In this document: piece after piece, positions 38,864 through 49,185 of the stretch | Numbering within the stretch: position 1 is the stretch's first letter | How the letters are laid out: the number at the start of each line of letters is the position of its first letter | Assembly (NCBI RefSeq): GCF_001194135.2 | Contig: NC_068984.1 | Location: forward strand, 43,813,731-43,877,730 | Source: Octopus bimaculoides | Taxonomy: Eukaryota | Direction: 5' to 3' | DNA length: 64,000 nt | The notes under the pieces: model-generated | Told to the model about the DNA's origin: nothing | The model's database searches: none | Seen by the model: only the letters and a program-made list of their open reading frames with translations | Made by a program: the position numbers and the translations under genes

Positions 38864-40269
38864 TACACACACACATACACACACACATTCATATATATAC
38901 CTGCATACATATTATTATTATTATTGTTGTTGTTGTTCTTATTGTTATTGTTATATATAAACATATATAGATTATACAGAAAATTCAATAGAAACAAACT
39001 TAAATTGAGTTATAACTAGTATTAAACGCATCCTCTCTCTTCCAGTTATGCAATGCGGAAAAGATTGATAGATGAATCAGAAATCCCCTCCACCAAACCA
39101 AACCAAACCAAACTAAAACTTAACTTCTGTGTAAACTCTGTGTAGCGATATTTGAATATGTATTCACCGAATGATATTTCTACACAGTAGCTCTTCCTTC
39201 GGGAAATAGAAAGTAAAGAGAAAGACATCAAAACTACCCAATTTGACTGGAGTCTTAATGAACATGCTACTAATTAGAACATCAAGTAAAGTATCCCCCT
39301 GAGATGTAGGCACATCGGAAGTGGGGCAAAAAGTAGCTGAGGAGATTCTCATACTCAAAATCCTCCAAACTATCTAAATGTCAGATCAGTAATAATCACT
39401 AAATGTCGTCAATCTGACAAGTACTTTCTGAAACACTAGAAGATCACTTAACGAAATAGATCAATACTTAAGTATTTACCATGATTATTCATTCTCTCTA
39501 TTTCTCTGTTCTATCTAAATCTACTTAAAGACATTCCTGATTTGACTTATAGTCTTTGATATTTTGAAGTTTTTAGCTTTCCATGCTCATTTCCTCACAG
39601 CAAAATGGAACAACACAGAGCATCGAGGTCTCAATACACTTTATAATAAACGCTTTGATGCCTTCTTTACAACTTTTCGTATTAATTCAAATCTATCCTT
39701 TTCATTCTTCGTTCGTCATATTTATATCTGTTCAAAAGAAAATCCCCTAAAACTCCCATCTCTCTACAATTCAGTGTGTCATTTTGTCACACAAAACTTT
39801 TAAAAGCCGTAACGCTTGGTAAAACACCAATATATGTCATCGATATTTTTATGAAATGATTGCATTTTTCTTCTGATAATAACATAAGCTGAATGTGAAA
39901 CTTAAATTTTCGCTGTATTATAACCGATGGTATGTATGCTCTCTTCTGTCTTTAATTATTTAAAATATTTTTGGTGAAAAAGGAGCTCCAACAAAGATAC
40001 CAAGCACCATCATAAGAAGTAGACAGCAAAATCAAATTTACATTTTAAACTGCAGAAAATTACAGCATATTTTTGTTGTTCTGCTTACAGGTTGTAATTG
40101 TAATGTGCGTGCCAGCTGGTTAACTTTTTTCTGGTAACCCCAGCTTTTCCAGATTGTCACTTACTCTATAAACAAATTACTCTAATTATTATTTTTATAA
40201 CTGCAAATTTATAACTTGAGTATAGAGGAGGGGTTTTATGGTTGTATGTGCATGTATGCTTGTGCCCTG

Positions 40270-40430
40270 GGTATGACTTTAAAGTGCATCCGATAGTGGG
40301 GCCCTGGTGAGGAGTTCCAGTATTTTGAAGTGTGTGGAACCACTTCTTAGCCACTATTGATCCTAAGTCTTCTGTGATCCGGATTAGTAGCACCTGTTAG
40401 GGTCCCACCTAAACAGCATATTAAGGCTTG
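40270..40430. mobile_element. Degenerate dispersed-repeat fragment
   Basis: tatgactttaaagtgcatccgatagtgggg..gtagcacctgttagggtccca, recognised from memory as an octopus-type interspersed repeat. Confidence 0.35.
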
Positions 40431-40540
40431 CTTGCCTATGTATGTGAAGCCTGAATCCGGTGGACTCTGTTGAAGAAACTTTTGTGGTTCAATAGATGTG
40501 AAGGCGGATACAGCAATGCATTGTGGGGTGTAGAGAGGAC

Positions 40541-40642
40541 GTAAAACATCTTGGTAAGTTAAACGTCTTGGTAAGTAAAACGTCTTGGTAAGTAAAACGT
40601 CTTGGTAAGTAAAACGTCTTGGTAAGTAAAACGCCTTGGTCA
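40541..40642 (+). repeat. 17-bp minisatellite, 6 copies (GTAAAACGTCTTGGTAA)
   Basis: Units start at 40541, 40558, 40575, 40592, 40609 and 40626. The three central units are identical and there are no spacers. Confidence 0.95.
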
Positions 40643-42724
40643 TCCTCTGAACTCGTCTCTATCCCCTGTTGTCTTGACCTGGCCTTGCCATTTGCTTGAA
40701 GATGGTCACTGACGAGAGAGCGAGACTGACGGTGCGCAACTATTCTTCACTTTAAACAAGGTCATTATACAAGGCATCATTGACGACGACTGATGGTCAC
40801 TGTAGCTCCGACAGATGAACATGGATGTATGCATGTGTATGCATATTTGTATGAATGCGTATGTGTGTGTATTTTATGTTTGTGTGTGTGTTTTGTGTGT
40901 GTGTCAGTGTATCGATAAATACCGAAATGTTTAGCCAACGCAAATAGATATTGATATATTTCGGGCGGATCTCCTATGGTTATGTCACTATCAAACTAAT
41001 GATATAAATTAAATTTGAGAGAATTTAATCCTAAATTACTGGATTCTGGAGTGAATAGATTAGTGAAAATCCTTGAAAAATTGATGGTGACTGTATATTG
41101 TATTCCTCTAAAATAAGCATTCCACGTCTAGAATATATATGAAATCTAACCCAGCTGGTATTTGCTACTTGACTTTCTTAAACGTGGCATACGCCGCCAA
41201 CTTTTCAAAAGGTAGGTTAATTTAGATTTAAAAAGTAGAGGTTATATTTTGAAAGAAATGGATCCAAAATCTGAACCTAAAATATTTCTGTTGAACACAT
41301 GCATTTAGATATGGAAATTAATTAATGTTTAGAATGTAAAATTAAGTTTCACATTAGTTGAATATTTTTACGCATGCTGTTCAGGAAAAAGGATGGTGAA
41401 TGACTTCGAAGTGCAGTACCTCTGAACTAAATCTTTCCAGTTGAAAGACAATAAAAGTAACAAGCTTCTCATGTAGGAAATAATGCATCTTTCGTCTTCT
41501 ATTTACTGTGTTAATCTCTAAGATGCTTAACGCAAACACGTATATCTACGAAAAAGTACGTGAAATCTATGTTCAGATGAAGAATAGCTGAAATGCTCTA
41601 TCTCCATATAGGAATATCAAATTATATTGTGAAGTGTTTCAGACAGAATGAAGAATATTGAAAGAAACCACGACGTTATGTAAATATGTCTCTCTCGCTC
41701 AGTCTTCTTGTCTTTTTCTCACTGCTCTCACCGTCTCTCTCTCTCTCTTTCTCTCTTCCTCTCTTTCTCTCTCTTCCTCTCTCTCTCTCTCTCTCTCTTC
41801 CTCTCTCTCCTTCTCTCTTTCTTCCCCCCTCTCTCTCTTTATCTATCTCTCATTCACTCCTTTTACTTTCTTTTCAGTTTCTTAAGCATATTTCAAAAAG
41901 AATTTTATAAAGGTATTTGATCCCGAAGACAAAATAATAAATGAATAATAATAAAAGAGGTAATTTTAGTCGAAAGAAACCAAACAAACGGAGAAAACAA
42001 AACAAAATCATTACTAACTGCGCAGTTTCCGATGTTAATTGAATTAAATATGGAAAAGTAAGATTTCAGTCGGAATATTTTTAAACTGAAAACTTGGAAC
42101 AACACATATCTTTATCAGGATTGCTTAAGTCAAAGTGATGCCACTATCAAAGTTGGTGCGTTTCAAAAGATTATTTTATGGGAGAATGTTTACAATTTCG
42201 ACAGACATCCCAGACAAACTTATTACTCATAGGATATTATCCTGCACTTAATAACCTTAGAGATTTAGTAGTTGGAAAATAATGATAAGCAACAAATTCC
42301 AAAAATTGAAAACAATAAACAAAGCAAAACAAAACAAATATTTCTTTTCAGAAAAAAAAAAAAAATCAACTTATTTCAGAGATTGATGAAACGACTCATT
42401 TACTAAAATGGACAAAAGAGATAGAGACATTTTCCTAGTAATCAAAAATTTAAAACATGAAATTATTAAAATAACAAACAGCAAATATAGCTACCCCAAA
42501 ATTTAAAACAATTTAGATAATGATTAGTTTCAGTCGGGAGGATGATACGTGGCATTCTCATTGCAACTGCTGTCACAAAATTTGTGCTAAAGTGACAAGT
42601 CTTTTTTCACTGTTTCAAACTATTTTCTAGTGAACAAGAACAAATCCAGATTCCTTAAGTCTTTGAACTTTTGACGATTTGAGAAATAATGGAAATGTCT
42701 TATGCAGACACGAAATGATAATAC

Positions 42725-42896
42725 TGATCACAAATTTTGACACAAGGCCAGCAATTTCGACTCCAGTGCTTGACTGGTACTTAATTTATCGACTCCGAAT
42801 GGATGAAAGGCAAAGTCGACCTCGGTGGCATTTAAACTCTGAATGTAAAAGTGGACGAAATGCTGCTAAGCAATTTGTTCGTCGCGCTCACCACCT

Positions 42897-42897
<1 letters not shown>
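42725..42897 (-). mobile_element. Family A SINE
   Basis: cacaaggccagcaatttcga..actggtacttaatttatcgactccgaatggatgaaaggcaaagtcgacctcgg..aagcaattt. Confidence 0.8.
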
Positions 42898-42992
<95 letters not shown>

Positions 42993-43014
42993 AAGAAGAA
43001 GAAGAAGAAGAAGA
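42898..43014. repeat. Compound (ATA)n(AGA)n microsatellite
   Basis: Pure ATA run 42898-42963, then pure AGA run to ~43014. Confidence 0.95.
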
Positions 43015-43015
43015 A

Positions 43016-43399
43016 ATAAGACCGAAACGAAAAATGCAATCCCCTAAAATTTGAAATTGCAAGAATTTGGAATGTGAATATTGTAAAGGTTGTACATTGG
43101 GGACTGTAAGCAAAGATATAGACAAACAGTTAAAGGATATTGAAATAGAGTGTCCTGTTGAGTGTCTACAAAAAGTTTGCCTCTTAGAAACAGGAAAGAT
43201 CATCAATTATCTTGAAAGATAATTGAATGCAAGTGGATACCTAAGGTTATAGGTAGTAACCCGCTAGTAGGTTATAGGTAGTAACCCGCTAGTAGGTTAT
43301 AGGTAGTAACCCGCTAGTAGGTTATAGGTAGTAACCCGCTATCCACATAAATTCCACCAGGAATAAGAACGAACCTGAATCAAATAAATAATGATAATA
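43016..43399 (+). mobile_element. R4/Dong-like LINE 3' end (RLE C-terminus plus 3' UTR), 5'-truncated
   Basis: NPLKFEIARIWNVNIVKVVH/GTVSKDIDKQLKDIEIECPVECLQKVCLLETGKII resembles the RLE tail KYxxLxxEIxRxW..VIPxVIGALGxV..LQKxxLLGTxxI. It ends in aataaataatgataata. Confidence 0.75.
43244..43341 (+). repeat. 25-bp minisatellite, ~3.9 identical copies (AGGTTATAGGTAGTAACCCGCTAGT)
   Basis: Units start at 43244, 43269, 43294 and 43319 (the last is 23 nt). Confidence 0.95.
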
Positions 43400-43559
43400 T
43401 ACAAGGGATCACAAAAATATCGGGACTGGTGTCAGCGCGCGTAGGAAGCCCAAAGAAGGTAGACGATCTGCGTGCCTTGGCTTACAAGCCATTTAATGCC
43501 GATGTCCTATCTCACCAAGCAGGTGCAAATCACAGTAAACACATTAAGAATGATGTTAT

Positions 43560-43760
43560 ATCAACCAACTCATTCTCGTAATGGAGGAAAGAAATAATCA
43601 AAAACGAAAATACTAAGGTTATGGATGCGACTATCGAATGGAACATCGAGGGAACAGCTACAGGATCTATAGGCAAACGTTGTTGTGGAAGACCACTGAT
43701 AGATTGTTTGAACACAAACATGGATCCCTATCGCATTGCTGAAAGATCGCACATTCTTTT
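43560..43760 (+). mobile_element. Possible RTE-like LINE extreme C-terminal remnant
   Basis: KVMDATIEWNIEG..KRCCGRP..IAERS loosely matches WxxEGxRxRGRP..AxDR. Confidence 0.3.
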
Positions 43761-44184
43761 TAGATCCTAGAATTCCACCTCACTACTTAATTGCTGATCC
43801 GAAATTTTCAGCCAATGCAAGCATATGGACAAAAGTTGAACTGGAAAAAATCACCTTCTCTGGACTGATAGATAAGCTGTCTCGAAGACTTCACTGAATT
43901 ATTCTATGCCAGCTAGTTTAATTACGTTTTCTACGATGAAAGAAGCCATAACTCTATTTTTTCCTTTTCTTTCGTTTCCTTTTCCGCTTTTATTCACCGT
44001 TTGTATTCCGATTCCACATTTTGCATCAACATTCTTCTCGTCTTCCTCATGTAGTTGTGTCCTGGATGTTGCCTGGAGTCTGAACATTGCATAGAGGCAC
44101 AAAGCATGTTATAAATATATGCTTGACCACGTGTCTCAATATCAAGAAACTATTAGTAGCTATTATTTTAGTACAGAGTACATG

Positions 44185-44234
<50 letters not shown>

Positions 44235-44241
44235 TAATAGA

Positions 44242-45141
44242 GTTAAAGGCTGGAATAACCGTCTGATGGATAAAAATATCCGTTCATAGGTAATGCTCAT
44301 AAGCCACAGGCAATGACAAAGATAAACATGTTTATCCGGAATCAAATTTAAAGTAAACAACAAATAGGCTTTATCCCATCTAACAGCCGTTTCTGCTTCC
44401 AATGTTCCACGGTAATGCCATTGAAAATTCTGAAAATAATATTCATCATATTTGGCAATACATCCGATCTGGAACATGGAGCTTCAGCAGAGTGAAGAAA
44501 AATACATAAAAGAAAAGAAAAGAAGAGCGGCGAGAAGAAGAAGAAAGGCTTTAAATCATACCATTTTGCACATGTCAGGCTTCAGGACGTTGAGTAAATG
44601 ACTAGACTTAAAATATTAATTGGTGGGTTAATTTCTTTATTTTTCTATTACTTATACACTCTGTTACCCCCATAGGGAGATTGACTCACCAAGTTAAGTC
44701 ATTTACTCAACTTCCTGAAGTGGCACATATGCAAAATGGAATGATTTAAATATATTAAGCCTCGCATCTTCTCGAGGCTCTTCTTCTTTTCTTTTTTTTT
44801 CTTTTATGCATTTTCTTCACTCTGATGAAGCTCCATGTTCCTGATCGGATGTGTTACTAAATATGATGAATATTATTTTCAGATTTTTCAATGGCAATAC
44901 CGTAGAACATTGTAAGCAGAAACAGCTGTTAGATGGGATACAGTATTAAAAAGTAATAACTGATGTTAGTTAATTGTTGTTGATCAATATTTCTCCTGAT
45001 AAACTCCTGCTTACCTTTTTCATTGCCTGTAACCTATGAGCATGATATGCTTGCATATCTATGTCCAGAGTTAGCATAGGTAATTATACCCGTACTAAAA
45101 CGGATATTTTTATCCCTTAGATGGTTATTCCAACCCGTAAC
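44242..45141. mobile_element. ~900-bp foldback (long inverted repeat) element
   Basis: 44242-44635 aligns with the reverse complement of 44677-45141. The core 44372-44500 has about 10 mismatches in ~130 nt by eye, and the loop is ~41 nt. Confidence 0.85.
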
Positions 45142-45572
45142 GTGTGTGTGTGTGTGTGTGTATTTATGAATGTATGTATAATACGCGCAGGCACACTATC
45201 TCCCTCAAAACAGGATGTTCAATTAATTGAATCAATCTTACTCTCTTACAGATATACATTCTAACTAGACTACTCGTGATCCGTTGGGTCACTGACGGTT
45301 CAGGTTAAAAAACAGTGAAGCTGATTTCATCATTGCATTGAAATGAAAGTTGATTTTATGATGACTCAGTCAAATATTTAAATTCGTTCGTGTCATCATA
45401 GGTCTCGTTACAAGTGCAAAAAACAGAACTTCCGGGATAAACTTGTATTCCAGTAACAGCACGTATTGATGGTAAATGTGCACACTTCTACAAAAATGCA
45501 AAAGGAATTGTTATATAACATAGACATAAAATTAATGGAAACAATTTCCACAGTATTATATATTCCCTTTTC

Positions 45573-45768
45573 TGGGGTATGTTACTTTCGGAGTATTTTC
45601 CCATTATGCCCCTGCTTGGATATTTATGATGGTGTCCCCCAGAAAACCGCGTTTTCAGGAATCCGTGGCCCGATTTACGCGAAACGTGTTTTATTCTGTT
45701 TGTATTCACATTTCAGGGGTTTCTTATTTTCAGAGTATTTTCCCATTATGCGCCAGTTTGGATATATT
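45573..45768 (+). repeat. ~55-bp direct repeat pair, ~140 bp apart
   Basis: ggggtatgttactttcggagtattttcccattatgcccctgcttggatatt and ggggtttcttattttcagagtattttcccattatgcgccagtttggatata. Confidence 0.75.
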
Positions 45769-46813
45769 AAATTACAGACAAGCACGCAAGCAAGCAAGCA
45801 ATCACAGGGTTTTAGTAGTATATTAGTATATAGATAGATGATCCCATATGGCAAGTCGACCACGGTAAAATTTGAACTGATGAATATATATTACGAAACC
45901 TGATATAGTTTTAATTAATTAGTTAATGTGATGGTCTATAGGGTTTCCATCATCCAGGCTATACGTCAGCCCTTGTGAGAATGAAACAATATAGCATGAG
46001 GCCCCAAATTTGATATCAAGGCGAATATATACTTACCATTCTTATCAGTCAAAATAAAGATAGGTGTTTGTAGTTTGCAACATATAAAGTAAATCAATAT
46101 ATGCATGTGTGTGTTTGTTTGTGTGCATATGTGTACTTATGCACATGTATGTGTTTGTGTGCCTGTGTGTGTTTATGTATACGAGGGAGGACACTTGCAC
46201 GGCAGTGGTTGTGCGTTTCTGGTTTCTTTAGAAGTTGCTTTCGCAACATATCTACCAATTCAGTGGAATTGGGAGACGGGAACTGTGTGGAAACCAGCCA
46301 TACATGTGTATCTGTATATATCTGTATGTATATCTTCGAAAAATGTAGGAATTAGTCTAAAGACAGCATCTATCTGTAATTTCTATCAATGGTGCTTCGT
46401 TTCATTTGTTCTGACAGTGTTGCAAAAACACTAGATCGTCATTTTGTTCATTGTGATTCAAGGATGGGAAACGGTATTGTTTACAAATGTAATATATATA
46501 TATATATATATATANNNNNNNNNNNNNNNNNNNNNNNNNNNNNNNNNNNNNNNNNNNNNNNNNNNNNNNNNNNNNNNNNNNNNNNNNNNNNNNNNNNNNN
46601 NNNNNNNNNNNNNNNNNNNNNNNNNNNNNNNNNNNNNNNNNNNNNNNNNNNNNNNNNNNNNNNNNNNNNNNNNNNNNNNNNNNNNNNNNNNNNNNNNNNN
46701 NNNNNATATAGTTTTCCTTTTGACCAGATTACCTCCTAATCAAAACTGAATTAGATCTGTAAACTTCTCATCTAATAAACAAAGGATACAACAATTTAAG
46801 TTTTGGAAAGTTG

Positions 46814-46882
46814 AGTATCCATCCATCCATCCATCCATCCATCCATCCATCCATCCATCCATCCATCCATCTATCTATCTAT
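46814..46882. repeat. (CATC)n grading into (TATC)n; further (TATC)n tracts at 47365-47450, 52320-52360 and 62392-62510
   Basis: Tetranucleotide runs visible directly. Confidence 0.9.
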
Positions 46883-47364
46883 CGCTCGCCTTTGGCTATC
46901 GTTCGTGTTGTTTCGCGTAAGATCATATATTTTATCGTGTTTCCTTATGTATACTTGTATATATTTTTGACGACAAGTTTCCTAATAACATCTGCTTTGC
47001 CTCGAGCAAAGCTCACTTGAAAAGTTGCCCTTTTAGGGTGAATTTTCATATTGCAAGGTGGGTAAATGTAGCAAAGATGGTACGCGTGAATGGCTAAAAC
47101 ACTTTTAGCATGATTCTGTAAAACCAAAAGAGAGAGAGCGCTTTGCTCTCATGTGTTTTTTCACTGCCTGAGGTTATCGTGGTCTTTTCGTAGGATTTTC
47201 TTTCTACGGATAAACCTCTTTTACATTTTTACCCTGCCTATCTTTTTTGTTCTTTACATGTCACAAACGCTTTCGATCCCATTTGATCGTTTTTTTCCTT
47301 CCAAAAAGAAAAGTTCTACTTCGTATTGTCCTTCATGTGTTCTGCCCTGCGTGGCTAATAAAGA

Positions 47365-47400
<36 letters not shown>

Positions 47401-47410
47401 NNNNNNNNNN

Positions 47411-47452
<42 letters not shown>

Positions 47453-48616
47453 GCATTTTTGTATGTATATAAATACGTATGTATGAACAAATGTATATGA
47501 TATATATATATATATATGCATACATACAAACAAGAAATTTCAATACATACTTGCCAAATCATGGAAGTATAGATATCAATCCTTGTCACAGAGGCTTATA
47601 CATATACATATATACATACATATATACATATGCATATATANNNNNNNNNNTATATATATGCGTGTGCGTGTGTGAATGTGTGTACAACTGAGTCCATGCA
47701 CACGCAATACATGTGTAACTGTTTGTGTATATGGTGTGCGTGCGTGGATTGTTTCTAAAATGTCTCGTGATAAATATTGGTATTTGCCAGAAACGAAGGA
47801 GTGGGCTAGATGACATTCATCATCCGAAACTATTAACATAACGTAACAACGCGAAGACTCGATGCTTCTGGATATACTTCCCAGTTTAATCGCCTGAAGA
47901 AGTGAGTAAACGATGATAGCTGCCAGTAGGATCGACTAATTCCCCGCTTAGCAAAACCACTTTACAGAGAAATATTGAAAAACCCATCTATCATATAGCA
48001 ACAAGTGAAATCAAAAATATGTTCTACCGTAAATTCAAATAAAATTTGACCAAAAACAAAACGAAAATTGCTATTGATAGATCATATCAATAAAGTATAA
48101 ACATTGCTCAAGAGGAAAGAACATTGGAAGGAATTGAATAAGGTTAAGTAACAAGGCATCGGACAAAGAAATGCACATTCATGTATGTATGTATGTATGT
48201 ATGTATGTAATTATTCAGTTTATTTCAAGGTTTCTTGCCAATAGAGAAAGAACCGGTTTCTAGCCTAGATCCAAGGTTCCTTCATTGGAATTTCAACATC
48301 AGCAACAGGGTATTTTCGTGTGTATGTATGTATGTGTGGGTGTGTGTATGTATGTATGTATGTGTCTATGTATGTGCAAATTTGTATGTTGTACGTACGT
48401 ATTCTCATGCATATAGTTGCTTATTTAGACATGCTCATATATATTTAAATGATAAACTTCTGGAAAGTTTAGATTTTTACAGTTCCAGTGATGGATTGGA
48501 TCTATGTATGTATGTGTGTTGTTTGTCTGTCTGTCTGCCTGTATGGATTTATATACGTATGCATGCATGTATGTATGTATGTATTTATGTATATATGTAT
48601 ATTTGTATGTATGTAT

Positions 48617-48725
48617 GAGGGCACATTGTCTAGTGGGCAAGGCACTGCACTCACGATCGCGAGATGGTGGTTTCAATTCCTTGACCGGGTTTCTGGAGCG
48701 AAACACTTCACCTCACGTTGCTCGA
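48617..48725 (+). mobile_element. Family G SINE head fragment
   Basis: tRNA-like ttgtctagtgggcaagg..ggtttcaattcc, followed by aacacttcacctcacgttgctc. Homologous in reverse to 62898-63000. Confidence 0.55.
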
Positions 48726-49111
48726 TAATGTTTATATTACTAGCCCTGCTTTTAAATCGCTATTGAATTTAATCTGACATGTGCATCACCGTGGTACATC
48801 ATCGAATAGTTTTTACATTATTTATACATAGTCATAGTGTGGCAATTCGATTCGTATCAAATACGTGATGTTTATAAGCCACAAATATATCGAAATATCG
48901 GTATCCATCGCTCCCGAATTCGATCCAAGTCGAGTTGTTTCACCTGTCTATAACTTTCAGGTCTCTTGGCATCCAACGTTATAACAGAGTTCTCTCTCAA
49001 GCGCTAACCCATAGCGAGTGTGGCGAACAAACAAAACACCATCATTGAGTCTATATGCGATCGATATTGTTTACACACACACAATATATGTGTGTGTATG
49101 TGTGTGTGTGT

Positions 49112-49185
<74 letters not shown>

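Noticed and set aside
40541-43341. 17-bp and 25-bp arrays as CRISPR
   Set aside because: The units are contiguous with no unique spacers, there are no cas genes, and the context is eukaryotic.
46028-46039. Perfect minus-strand donor ATG|GTAAGTAT
   Set aside because: Roughly one such match is expected by chance in 128 kb of AT-rich strand sequence, and there is no upstream exon or promoter evidence.
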